Positions 37,392 to 49,912 of a stretch of DNA of 64,000 nt are shown here, one piece after another. The stretch's first letter is position 1; each line of letters starts with the position of its first letter. Position numbers and translations under genes: made by a program. Under the pieces are notes generated by a model. It was not told where the DNA came from. It saw only the letters and a program-made list of their open reading frames with translations, and did not search any database. Origin of the DNA: Chiloscyllium plagiosum (Eukaryota); NCBI RefSeq assembly GCF_004010195.1, contig NC_057751.1, forward strand, positions 17,833,768-17,897,767, read 5' to 3'.

Positions 37392-40300
37392 TCATTGACT
37401 CCATAGAGATGTACAGCACGTGAACACACCCTTTCGTCCAATTCGTCCATGCAGACCAGATATCCCAACCCAATTTTGTCCCACCTGTCAGCACCTGGCC
37501 ATATTCCTCCAAACCCTTGCTATTCATAAACCAGTCCAGATGTCTGTGAAATGTTGCACTCTTACTAGCCTCCAACAGTTCTGCTAGCAACTCATTCCAT
37601 ACATGTACCATCCCCTGAGTGAAAAAGTTGCTCCTTAAGTCTCTTTAATATATTTTCCTTATCATCCTAAACCTATGCCCTTTAGTTCTGGACTCCCCCA
37701 ACTCAGGGAAAAGACTTAGTCTATTTATCCTATCCCTGCCCCTCATGATATTGGTAACCTCTAAAAGGTTACCCCTCAGCCTCCGACGCTCCAGGGAAGA
37801 CAGCCTTAGCCCAATCTCTCCCTATAGCCCAAATGACAACAACCTTGTAAAACTTTTCTGAACATTTTAAAGTTTCACAACATGTTTCCGATAGGAAGGA
37901 GACCAGAATTGCACTCAATATTCCAACAGTGGCCTAACCAATATCCTGTACAGCCGCAACATGACCTCCCAACTCCTGTACGCAAAACTCTGACCAATAA
38001 AGGAAAGCATACTAAACGCCTTTTTCACTATCCTATCGACCTGCGACCCCACTTTCAAGGAGCTACGAACTTGCATTCCATCGTCTCTTTAATCAGCAAC
38101 AGCCCCCAGGACCTTACCATGAAGTGTTTAAGTCCTGCAAGAATTTACTTTCCCAAAATGTAGCACCTCACATTTTTCTGAATTAAACTCCATCTGAAAC
38201 TTCTCAGCCCATTGGCCAATCTGATCAAGATTGGTTTTAATCTGAAGTAACCCTCTTCGCTATCCAGTACACCTCCAATTTTGGTGTCATCTGCAAATTT
38301 ACAAAATATTCCTCTTACGCTCACATTCAAATCATTTATATAAATGTTCTAAACTAATGGACCAAGCATCGATCCTTATGGCACTCCACAGGTCACCATA
38401 CTGCACCTCCCCCAGTCTCTGTCTTCGGCGTTTAATCCAGATCTCTATCCTATAGGCGAGTTCTCCATATATTCCATGAGATCTAACTTTGCTCACCAGT
38501 CTCCCATGGGAACTTTGTCGAACGCCTTACTGAAGTCCATATAGATCACATTTAACCACTCGGCCCTCATCAATCTTCCTTGTTACTTCTTCAAAAACCT
38601 CATCAAATTTGTGAGACATGATTTCCCACTCATAATGCCATGTTGACTAACCCTAATCAGTCCTTGCGTATCCAAATAAATATATATCCTGCCCCTCAGG
38701 ATTCCCTCAAGCAACTTGCCAACCACGGACGTCAGGCTCACTGGTGTATAGATCCCTGGCTTGCCCTTACCAACTTTCTTAAAGAGTGGCACAATGTTAG
38801 CCAACCTCCACCCTTCTGGCACCTCACCTTTGGTTATTGATGATACAAATATCTCAGTAAGTGGCCCAGCAATCACTTCCTTCGATTCCCACAGAATTTT
38901 AGGGTACACCTGATCAGGTCCCGGCACTTTCTCCTTTGTAACATGGACATTTTTCAAGGTGTCAAGATCTATTTCCCGACATTCTATATCTTTCATGTCC
39001 TTTTCCACTGTAAACACTATTTGCAAAATACTCGTTTAGTATATCCCCATACTCAGTGGCTCCACACAAAGATCATCTTGCTGATCTTTGAGGGGCCATA
39101 TTCTCTCCCTAGTTACCCTTTTGTCCTTAATGTATTTGTAAAAGCTCTTTGGATTCTCATTACCTCTATTTGCCAAATCTATGTCATGCCCCCTTTTTGC
39201 CCTCCTGATTTCTCTTAAGTATACTCCTACTGCCTTTATACTCTTTTAAGGATTCATTTGATTTATGTTTTCGATACCTGATATATGCTCCCTTCATTTT
39301 CTTAACCAAACCCTCAATTTCTTTAGTCACCCAGCATGCTCTATGATTATCAGCATATATTTTCTCTGGCCTCTCGTTATCTAATTTTCCAGTAGTCCCT
39401 TCACCTGAGAACATCTGTCTGCAGTCAGCTTTTGAAAGTTATTGCCTAATGCCGTCCAAATTGGCTTTTCTCCAATGTTGAACTTCAACTTTTAGATCTG
39501 GCCTATCCCATTCCACACTATTTCAAAACTAATAAAATTATGGTCGCTGGCCCCCAAGTGCTGCCCCACTGTTACCTCAGTCACCTGCCCTGCCTTATTT
39601 CCCAAGAGTTGGTCAAGTTTTACAACTTCTGTAGTAAGTACATCCACGTACTGAATCAGGAAACTTTCTTGTACATACTTAACAAATTCCTCTCCATGCA
39701 AACACTTAACACTATGGTAGCCCCATTCTATGTTTGGAAAGTTAAAATCCCCTGCAATAACCACCCTATTACTGTTACAGATAGCTGAGATCGCCTTACA
39801 AATTTGTTTCTAAATTTCCCTCTGACTATAATACAATCCCAGTAACGTGATCATCCCTTTCTTATTTCTCAGGTCCACCCAAATAACTTTACTGGATATA
39901 TTTCTGGGAATATCCTCCCTCAGCACAACTGTAATGCTATCCCGAATCAAGAACGTCACTCTTCCCCCTCTCTTGCCTCACTTTCTGTTCTTCCAGTAGC
40001 ATTTGTATCCTGGAACTTTAAGCCCCCTGTCCTGTCCATCCCTGACCCATATTTCTGTGATTGCTACGATATCCGACGCCCATGTTCCTAATCGTGCCAT
40101 GAGTTCATCTTCCTTCCCTGTTTGGCCTCTTGCATTGACATTAATGCAGTTTAATTTTTCAGTGTTAACGTGTTCTCTGCTTTGTCCCTGACTATCTTGA
40201 CTTTTTGACTCAACTTTGTTCTCAACTGCATCAGTTTCAAATTTAAATCGTTCCTCACTATATTTCTGGGTCCCATCCCCACCTTACTTGCTTAAATCCT

Positions 40301-41780
40301 GCCGAGCAGCTCGAGCAAATCTCCCTGCCAGTATATTATACCCCTTCCATTTTAGGTGCAATCCGTCCTTCTTGTACAGGTCACTTCTACCCCAAGACAG
40401 CTTCCAATCATCCAAAAATATTAATTCTTATCCAGTACACCAGCTCCTCAGGCATGTATTCATCTGCTGTACCTTCCTATTCCTGCTCTCACGAGCACGT
40501 AGCACCGGAGAAATCCAACTATTACTTATCTCGAGGACTTCATTTTTTTAAAATTTCTACCTAACTCGCTGTAATCTCCCTTCAGAGTCTCAGCATTTGC
40601 CTTTCCTATGTCGTTGATTTCAATTTGTATAATGGACTCCTGCTGGCCCCTCAAACCCATGAGAACATGTTGCACACCCTCTGAGATATCCTTGATCCTT
40701 GCACCACGGAAACAGCACACCATTCTGATTTTTTGCTGCTGGCCACAAAAACGTCTGTCTGTACCTCGGAGTAGAGAGTGCCTTAACAAAATTGATCGTT
40801 TAGAATCCGCCGCACCTCTCATTATATTAGAACCAGTCTCAATACCAGAAACTTGACTGCATGATCTACGTTCCCCTGAGAATCGATCAACCGCTACATT
40901 TTCCAAAACAGCATTCTTGTTTGAAATGGTGATAGGCACAGAAGACTCCTGAAATACCTGCCTACCTCTCTTACCTTTCCTGCTGTTAACACATCTATGT
41001 GATTGTATTTGAGACATTCCCCCCTTCCTATAACTGCCATCCGTCATATACCCCAGCTCTTGTCAATTCCTTATTGCCTTTAACTGGCTCTTCAACCGAT
41101 CTATTCAATTTTATATAATTCCCAACCAACGACATTTATTGCAGATATAATCCTCAGTAATCCATATACTCTCCCTAAACTCCCACATCCGACAAGAAGA
41201 GCATGTCTCTCTATAAGAGCCATTTCTGCATCTTTCAATCTACAGACACAGAAAATAGCACTGTCTTATTCTTCTACAAAACACTGCTCCAGATTAAATT
41301 AATAATTATGTCTTATCTTTTAAGTTTAATCAAGAGACATAGCTCAATCAAACACATAATCTAGAAAGAACCCACCCTAGTCACGATTGCAGGCCACGTT
41401 TGAAATCCACATATCTGCTTCTGTGCTATGACCTCTCCGAGACAGGATCCTCCAAAATCAGTTTCGAATTTCACTGTTTTTAAAATTTTCCAAGAAGCGC
41501 TCTGATGTCCAGCGGTACATGAATTCAACAGCAAGTCAATAAATTTGTACTCTGTCAGTTAGCAACATTGGTTTCTTTCTTTCTCTCTTCTCCCTTTTAA
41601 AAGTGTTGGCGTTTTGACATTGTTTTCTCTCCAAATGTCCAAAACAACGCAACAGCATATAAATCAGTAATTGCTGCTCCTGGAATTCGAGGAAATCACC
41701 CCCAACACCTAAAATATCTTGAAAAAAGGAACATCTTTTACAACCAGAAATTGTCCCCGTCCTCCATCTTGAATTACCCA
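37392..41780 (-). mobile_element. Near full-length HER1/CR1 LINE (5' UTR, ORF1 esterase, APE, RT, 3' tail)
   Basis: ORF1 RGTDRRFCG..MVCCFRGARIKDI; APE AGDFNFPNIEW and SDHN; RT WRLANIVPLFKK..SQHG and KFADDTKIGG. Confidence 0.92.
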
Positions 41781-41867
41781 GAATCATTTTGAATAAATAA
41801 AAAGGAACATGATTTTCCATGTGGAGACTAACAATGAGACAGCAATCTTTGTGGGTGAGCACAGAAA

Positions 41868-42180
41868 TTAGATTAGATTACTTACAGTGTGGAAACAGGC
41901 CCTTCGGCCCAACAAGTCCACACCGCCCCGCCGAAGCGCAACCCACCCATACCCCTGCATTTACCCCTTACCTAACACTACGGGCAATTTTAGCATGGCC
42001 AATTTACCTGACCTGCACATCTTTGGACTGTGGGAGGAAACCGGAGCACCCGGAGGAAACCGACGCAAACACGGGGAGCACGTGCAAACTCCACACAGTC
42101 AGTCGCCTGAGGCGGGAATTGAACCCGGGTCTCTGGCGCTGTGAGGCAGCAGTGCTAACCACTGTGCCACCGTGCCGCCC
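41868..42180 (-). mobile_element. Young full-length HE1 SINE
   Basis: Near-identical reverse complement of 12902-13224. Confidence 0.92.
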
Positions 42181-42913
42181 ATAATGATGGACAATGTTGG
42201 ATCTGGTTTCTTGCCAATGGGATGGTAAAATGTGATGGTGACAAATGAGAGACAGAGGGATTAATCAATAGGATGGCAGTGATGAGGTGGCGGTACGAAA
42301 AGTAATGATATGCATGATGACTGGCCCTGTTCAAACCATCAGACACACATGCACGAGATTAATGTCTGAAACCTGCATCCACTAGATCACCACAGACCAC
42401 TTCCTTCTGGCAGAATAGGTCATTGGACTTTTTTGCAGATGGCTTACTGAGCAATTTGAAATAAAGTAAATGCTGGCTGTTATCTCATTGTGGAAAAACA
42501 AAACTCCAAATGGCCTTTGGAAAATTGATCGGATATTCCGATGGAAGTTTAATAATTTGCGGGTTTCATTAGATTTTCGAGTCTGCAAATGCTTAGATAT
42601 CCCTCGACTTTTCTCAAAACACAAATGGTTAACATCCTGCTCATAATTCAAAAATATATATGAGACTGTAAAGATCAGGGTGAGATCACACTCGAGTATT
42701 TTCTGCAATTCACCGTACAGGAGTATGCACTTGCACTGGAGAGATTGTAAAAGAGATTTATCAGGTAGTTGCCTGGATGCTGAAATTTTCATATGAGAGA
42801 TTTCGAGGATTAGGCTTGTGGTCCTCGTAGTCGCAGAGACTGAGGAGTTGGCCACCGCGCAAAAACGAGTAGAGGCTAAAAAAAAAATCACGTCAGGTTA
42901 TACAATTTCAGTA

Positions 42914-43127
42914 AGGAGAAAGTGAGGTCTGCAGATGCTGGAGATCAAAGTTGAAACTTTATTGCTGGAACAGCACAGCAGGTCAGGCAGCATCCAGGGA
43001 ACAGGAGATTCGACGTTTCGGGCACAGGCCCTTCTTCAGGAAGAAGGGCCTGTGCCCGAAACGTCGAATCTCCTGTTCCCTGGATGCTGCCTGACCTGCT
43101 GTGCTGTTCCAGCAATAAAGTTTCAAC
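42914..43127. mobile_element. Fold-back Penelope-terminus element with 15-bp TSD
   Basis: Perfect 89-bp inverted repeat 42949-43037 / 43040-43128; TATACAATTTCAGTA at 42899-42913 and 43128-43142. Confidence 0.9.
43009..43042 (-). ncRNA. Minimal type I hammerhead ribozyme motif
   Basis: Minus strand uuc-CUGAAGA-A-GGGC-cugu-GCCC-GAAA-C-GUC-gaa: complete core, stem II, palindromic ACGU in place of stem III, short stem I. Confidence 0.75.
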
Positions 43128-43370
43128 TATACAATTTCAGTAGTCAAAACACAGACACATAATCTGTAGAATAACTTTCAAATATTTGAATTGGTGGCGG
43201 GGATGGGGGAATGGAGGTTAATGTTAATTAATGTTGCAAGAACAAAAACTATCAAACAATTGGGAAAATATTTATGAAGCGCTATTCCAAAGGGAAAGGA
43301 GAGCTGGAAAACAATTTAAGTCTTGATTTATTTGTTGCTCTAGCTACATGCTCAGATGAGGTTGAGCTAA

Positions 43371-43663
43371 AGGTGGCTCAGTGATTAGCACTGCTGCCTC
43401 ACAGGACCAGGGACCCGAGTTCGATTCCCGCTTCGGGCGACTGTCTGTGTGGAGTTTGCACATTCTCCCCGTGTCTGCGTGGGTTTGCTCTGGTTTCCTC
43501 ACACAGTCCAAAAGTCAGGTGAATTGGCTATGCTAAATTGCCCAGAGTGTTACATGCATTGGTCAGGGGTAAATACAGGGTGTGGGTGGGTTAGTCTTTG
43601 GAGGGTCGGTGTGGGCTTGTTGGGCCAAAGGGCCTGTTTACATACTGTAGGGAATCTAATCTA
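43371..43663 (+). mobile_element. HE1 SINE
   Basis: ggtggctcagtgattagcactgctgcc...gggaatctaatct. Confidence 0.88.
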
Positions 43664-43845
43664 AAGATCTCTTGTGGTCGTATGGTCAGTTCAATGCAGA
43701 GTCCGGGGACGAAATGGAGAATTTGACACCTCAATGATGCTCAGAAGGATCAACACCAGTACGCATAGTAACTAAATGAATAACCAGATCAATAATACTG
43801 TTAAAACAAGATTCTTAGAATCAATCGCTTGATGGGGAGTCTTAA

Positions 43846-43975
43846 AAGGTTTTGCAACAAAAGGCAGGATGGGATAGAAAATGTACTGGATAACATAACT
43901 TAGATGTTCCATCCAATATGTTGAGACAGACCACAAAGACAGAAAGTAAAAGTACCAGGATAAGTTCCTATCCAT
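43846..43975 (-). pseudogene. Orphan GPR139-like exon 1 with dead splice donor
   Basis: MDRNLSW...VIQYIFYPILPFVAKP resembles IFYVVIAVIGLP; it is followed by T|TTAAGACT where G|GTAAG would be expected. Confidence 0.55.
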
Positions 43976-44306
43976 TGTTGTAACATCCCAATCTCTTGTT
44001 CTCAGATTCAGATAAATTGTTCGAACATTCCAATGTCTTTATCTCAGATTTGGATCTCTTCTCTCTGAAGCATATGTTTTTGTCATAGTTGTGTGTCCCA
44101 ATGAAACTATTGGTTAGCACGCTGTAAATATTCACTTATTGACGCTTGATGGAAACCCGCTAGTGACCCAATTAGGTTCCACAGGTACTGAAATTAATCA
44201 CTGAACAATGGAATTTCGGTCTCACAACTTCGACCTTTATTTGCAGCAAAGGACATAACAGCCTCTTCTCAGAATTTCGTACACTTTCACAGCGTGCAAG
44301 CAGAAC

Positions 44307-44592
44307 GGGCGGCGCGGTAGCACAGTGGTTAGCACTGCTGCCTCACAGCGCCTGAGACCCGGGTTCAGTTCCCGTCTCAGGCGACTGACTGTGTCGAGTT
44401 TGCACGTTCTCCCCGTGTCTGCGTGGGTTTCCTCCGGGTGCTCCGGTTTCCTCCCACTGTCCGAAAGATGTGCAGGTCAGGTGAATTGGCCATGGGAAAT
44501 TGCCCGTAGTATTAGGTAAGGGGCAAATGTAGTGGTATGGGTGGGTCGGTGTGGACTTGTTGGGCTGAAGGGCCTGTTTCCATACTGTAATC
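44307..44592 (+). mobile_element. HE1 SINE (tandem copy 1)
   Basis: Full head, 3' deletion, short tail. Confidence 0.9.
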
Positions 44593-44649
44593 CATACATA
44601 ACAGCCTCTTCTCAGAATTTCGTACACTTTCACAGCGTGCAAGCAGAAC

Positions 44650-44997
44650 GGGCGGCACGGTGGCACAGTGGTTAGCACTGCTGCCTCACAGCACCAGAGA
44701 CCCGGGTTCAATTCCCGACTCAGGCGACTGACTGTGTGGAGTTTGCATGTTCTCCCCGTGTCTGCATGGGTTTCCTCCGGGGGCTCCGGTTTCCTCCCAC
44801 AGTCCAAAGATGTGCAAGTCAGGTGAATTGGCCATGCTAAATTGCCCTTAGTGTTAGGTAAAGGGGTAAATGTAGGGGTATGGGTGGGTTACGCTTCGGC
44901 GGGTCGGTGTGGACTTGTTGGGCCGAATGGCCTGTTTCCACACTGTAAGTAATCTAATCTAATCAAAAAAAAAAAATGTAATGTAATCTAATCTAAT
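44650..44997 (+). mobile_element. HE1 SINE (tandem copy 2) with doubled tail
   Basis: Full length; CAGAAC flanks at 44644-44649 and 44998-45003. Confidence 0.92.
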
Positions 44998-45310
44998 CAG
45001 AACACTAAGCCCATCTGCTGATCAACAATGATGTCTACAGGTCAGAAAGTTAATATCAATATGTTCCTTAACGAGATTTTCTTTTCGATTTCACTGCCTT
45101 TCTCTCTCTCACTCGTCTCTCTGCATTTAAGCTAAACCACCTCCAATTAATTGCAATTGTTCCTGAGTCGCATTGAAATCAACAACACAAGTGTCAATTT
45201 CTTTAATGTCTGTCTTGAGCTTGATAGTAGCTGTACTGTCATGTGGAACTATTTACCAAATCCGTGTTCAGAAGATCTCAGTCGATAGAACGAAATATTA
45301 TTAGGAGCAC

Positions 45311-45496
45311 GTGAGGACTATAGACGCTGGAGTTCACAGTCAAAATGTGTGGTGCTGGAATAGCACAGCCAGCCAAGGAGCATCGGTGGAACTGGAGAAT
45401 CGATATTTCTGGCCTAAGTCCTTCATTGGTAATGAATCTCTCGCTCCTCGGATGCTGCCTGACCGGCTGTACGTTTCCAGCAAAACATTTTCGACT
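45311..45496. mobile_element. Older fold-back Penelope-terminus element
   Basis: Imperfect inverted arms at about 45338-45400 / 45435-45496, homologous to 42914-43127. Confidence 0.75.
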
Positions 45497-45824
45497 GAGA
45501 AAAAATGATTAGCACAAGGAGAGAGTTGGCAGAGATGGGATGGGTGTGGGTTGGTATGGTGGTGGAGGTTGCATGACTTCTGTCCTGATGCTTTGGAAGA
45601 ACTTTGAACTGAACCACTTTGGTGTTAGACCTTCGGCACACCCCACCCACCTCCACCATTAAATAATTTGCTTCTCTCCCTGAAATAAACCGGCCGACAC
45701 CTTCAGGGAATTCAGTGCTACAGAAGCAGCTCCGAAGTACATAATATTGAACGTTAGAGGGAAAAGAATGTTTCGTCATCTCTGTCAGTAATGCATGACA
45801 CTTGTGAGAATGTGAGATATCGGG

Positions 45825-46015
45825 AGAGGTGAAATAGACTGAGGCGGTTTATCCCCAGAGCATCGGACGCTGAGGGGTGATCGTATAGAAATTCATAAAA
45901 TCATGAGGAACAGAGAAAAAGTGAATAATCAAGGTCTATGCCCAAGGGAAGCAGCGTCCAAAACGAGAGGGCGCAAGTCTAAGGTGTGAGGGAAGATATA
46001 AGAGATGCTAAAGGG
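45825..46015 (+). mobile_element. CR1 3' fragment
   Basis: RERGEID..HRTLRGDRIEIHKIMR. Confidence 0.7.
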
Positions 46016-46760
46016 CGCTACCTTGCTAATACTCTTTCTCAGCATCCATATTTCTCACCTCGTTTTCCTCTTTGTCTGCCCTTCCTAAAAAGTGAATATC
46101 ACAAGATATACCATTGTCAGGCCAGCTCATCCTCCAGCAATGACTCCGTAATCCCAGGTACATTCGGTTTGTTTATATTTGTTTGCATGTGTGAATCATC
46201 AACATTATTTCAAACGTCCTGTCCATTAAGTTAAAAGCCTCATTCTTTACTTCTTAGTATTTTTAGTCCTGTTCACTTAATTTAGCATTGTACCTTGAAT
46301 TCATCGCCAAATTGCCGGATTTTGCATTCAGTCTTTTGGTTTTGCCCAAGTTCCCTTTTTTTCCCACCTTCATTCCTGGGATCCCATCACCCAACCCTAC
46401 CATTTTACTTTAAAACTTTCCCAAGTGCTATGACATACAGTCACCGGTACTACATCAACCCCAGTGTTACCGAGGGGTAATCTGTCCAGTTTACAACTTG
46501 CACTAGTCCAACCTTCCCTAGAATCAGTCGAAATTTCCCAGAAATCTGAAACGTTCGCCCTCACATAAGTTTACCAGCCACATAATCATCTGATATATCT
46601 TCCTAACTGTTTATATGTTGCTTTTAGGACCTCAATCTCAGAGATATAATTCACTCATACATGGCCGTTCGTCAGTGCGTTGTAACTTTTATCTCCCAAC
46701 AAGCACTGCAATAGCTCCAAAAGGCGGGTGACAAATCCATTCTGCCCGATCAGTTGAGGA
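46015..46760 (-). mobile_element. Old CR1 APE/ORF1 fragment
   Basis: gccagctcatcctccagcaatgactccgtaat (ITES..W-like on the minus strand); end-of-ORF1 similarity. Confidence 0.5.
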
Positions 46761-47659
46761 AGACTCAATTGAGCAAACAGCCACCGACATCTGCTGCTGT
46801 GGAGAAAATCTCTCACAAGTGCTCTGAGCTCATTTCTTCCAAGTGGCCGTGTTTTATAATCTGTGATGGCGCCGTGCCTTTAACAGATATATTCTGTGCT
46901 GTTTCTGTTGCAAATGAATGTTTTCAGAGTGCTGCAGAAATGTCCCCTGGTTCACAGCTTTGAATTCTCTCGAGGTGTCTGACATGCCTTTTCGTTTTTT
47001 TTTTTCCTTTTCTGTTTATATTTTCCCCAGCACCCATGTTCTAGTTGTTTTCATCTTTCAGAAGTAAGGCAAAAGTATCATGAGTAGACGTGGTCAGGCC
47101 GCACACGGACAGCAGACTTATGTTGAGTCATCGATTATTTGTTTGATGTTGCTGCCTGGTAGAGCTTAGGGCCTGAATTCTTGGCTGTTGGAGTGAAATC
47201 TTAGACACAGACACTTCCATTTATAAAATCAAAAAGGGCATAAAATTCCTTTTCGTCTTTCTTTTCAATGAACTGAAGAGAGACAGTACTCAAGAATAAT
47301 GATTGCTTTGCTAAATTGCCTTTTCTAAGTGCGTGCTTATGGGATTCTACCAAATGAGGAATAGTTGATAATTGGTATTTACATGATACTTTATCTTGTT
47401 TAATATTTCAATAATGTTACACCAATTCTTCTTTTCATTGTAATTTAAGTGTGTTGAAACAACAAAGTGCGTTTTCATTGAAACTGAGCAATGGATCAAT
47501 CAAATAATATCCGCAAAATGGTAGCTTACATTTGGATTTATTTTAAATGAACCAAATTAGGGTCTAAGCTATTTCCACAATATATTTTGGAGGAGCGCGG
47601 TGTGCTTTGGCTAATCTCAGCAAATATACCATCCCCACTGGCTCCACAATCATACAACC

Positions 47660-48160
47660 ATGCGAAATAGGAGTAGGAGTCGGCCATATGGTCATTCGAG
47701 CCTGCTCTGCCATTCCTCTGAAATATGCCTGATTCGACATTTCTCAAGTATACTTTCTTGCCTTTTCCGGTAACTCTTGATTACCTGACTGATCAAGAAT
47801 CTATCTATATCACCTTTAAATATTTACAAGGATGCTACCGCCACCCCAGTTCTTTGTGGAAAGGCGATCTATCCAAGAGAAGTACTTCCTCCTCATCCTG
47901 GGCTTTAATAGGCGCCACTTTTATTCTCAGACTATACCCTCTACTTCCAGACTCTCCCATGAAGGAAAGCAGCCGCTGAGTATTGCCCCAGTCAATCTAC
48001 TTTGTTGCTATTCATGGTCCAATTAGATCACTTCGCACTCTTCTGATCTCAAGTGAATAGAGTCCAGACTTATTTAGCCTCTGCTAATGACGCAATCCCT
48101 CCAGACCAGGGATCTTCTCAACGTAGTAGTATCTTCCTCGAAATAATTGGATGAAAATCG
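47660..48160 (-). mobile_element. Old CR1 3' end
   Basis: gaaataggagtaggagtcggccat...cgagcctgctctgccattc tail. Confidence 0.7.
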
Positions 48161-48759
48161 ATCACTCTGTACAGTCTGGAATTTTATTCTTTTTTGGCAC
48201 TATATTGGAAAAATACCCTACACCGGTATATTTACCAACGTGAGTCGCCAAATAAGTTCAACACAAAGTCCTGAAGGTTTCTCCATTATATTCTGAGGAA
48301 CTACTTCCAGCAGAAACGTTTATCGTTTAGACTTTACAGTACTCAAACAATGAGCCTTTTCATTGCGTGTTGAATTTCGCATTAATGTATTTAATAAATA
48401 AATTAGAATGCTTGATAATCATACGCGAACCAATAAATCATCTCATTGACAATGCTGAGTGTATCCCATTCTTCAAATAGACTTATTTAATATTGAACTT
48501 CACAAAAAAAAGTTTCTTACACTTGAAGACGAGGATGCGACAATAACAATACAGGGCATAGTTTGCGAATAAATTAGACTTCTTCCAAAAAAACATGGAC
48601 ACACAATTGCTTAGCTCAGAGGTTGAGCAGGTTCAGATGATTCGTGTCTGGGCTGAAATTCTAATGCTGTTAATAAATATTCAATACTTTAAGGCCCATA
48701 TCCATTGCAAATCACGACGCAGAACTGCGATATTTGGAAACATGTGATCCTATACCACA

Positions 48760-48945
48760 GAATTTCAGAAGTTATTACGATGCAGAAGAAGGCACATCAT
48801 GCCTGCACACCGGTTCTATTCCTTAATCCCAAATCTCGTGTCTTTGTCCCATATCCCTACATACCATCTCTGTACAGATAACCACCTATCTCCTCTTGAA
48901 TGCCTCAAATAAACCTGTCTCCACTACATTTCCAGGTAGGGCTTT
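48760..48945 (-). mobile_element. CR1 3' end fragment
   Basis: acagaatttcagaagttattacgatgcagaagaaggc...cctgtctccactaca. Confidence 0.55.
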
Positions 48946-48954
48946 CAATCAAGT

Positions 48955-49912
48955 GTTCATGAAGTAACTCGACAGAGTCCAATACGCCATCACCAAGTCA
49001 CCCTTTATTTATACGCACACTGTATGTGGAAAATGAGCAGCGAACTCAGAGTCAGTCGCTAGATGGAGAATAATCCCTCAGACTTTGGTGAGTACCAGTC
49101 GTCCAGGAATCCCTGACTGGCCCAGGTTACCTTTCCCTGAAAATGGACGTTATATGCAATGACATCCTCTGACTCAACTCTTTGCAGTCATTCCGTTCCA
49201 CAGCTCCCACACACACCAATTCCAATTATGTAGGCCTTTTCATGTTCCTCTCGATTTTGTCGAAGATCTTATTCCTTCCAAATGACTCGGCATGGGCAGC
49301 ATTTATCGGACATCAACCAGTTTCTTTTACGTGGATCTTCTCAGTAGATGTTCCTCCTCATTCACAGGTAGTAACAGTATCGACGGTGTGATACTGCATC
49401 CGTCTCGAACGCTGAGGTTTCTTCGATGCAAGATACAGCATGGGAAAACACGGTTTTTAAAAAGATTTACAGACGTTCTGAGGGGCCGGGTGGGATTTGT
49501 TCCTGCCCGGTTTTGTGAAATAGCTGCTTTGTAGCGTGAGAGACGTTGTACAATCAAACAGAAACTCGGACTGTTTGGTATCGAGTGAGGTTGTACGCTG
49601 TTTCTTTAAGCATACGTTCAACTTTTGAACTACATTCTAACAGACCATCGGACAAGGAATAATATCAACCTATCCAGACATACCAAATGGCAATAGTCTT
49701 AAGGAAGTAAATAACGGCTTATTGTCCAAGAACAATACTTCCTGGAGTCCATGCATTGCAAATGATGCTCACACATTTTCTATATGTTCACTGAGTTTGA
49801 CGAATGTACATCGTACACGTTCATCCACATTGAAGGGACATCAACAATGACCACAAATATTGAGCACATCGAAGAACCAGCTTAGTTGATGTGCAACGCA
49901 GTCTTGGGGTAA
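48955..49912 (-). mobile_element. Gypsy integrase relic and probable 3' LTR (about 48955-49165)
   Basis: Minus strand LHIN*AG..FVVIVDVPSMWMNV...SFAMHGLQEVLFLDN resembles the rve core HIDFAGP..LVIVDAHSKW..FA.HGLPEVLVTDNG; AATAAA lies in the putative LTR. Confidence 0.7.

Noticed and set aside
42382..42891. 169-aa minus-strand ORF
   Set aside because: No motif; partly antisense to decayed CR1 sequence
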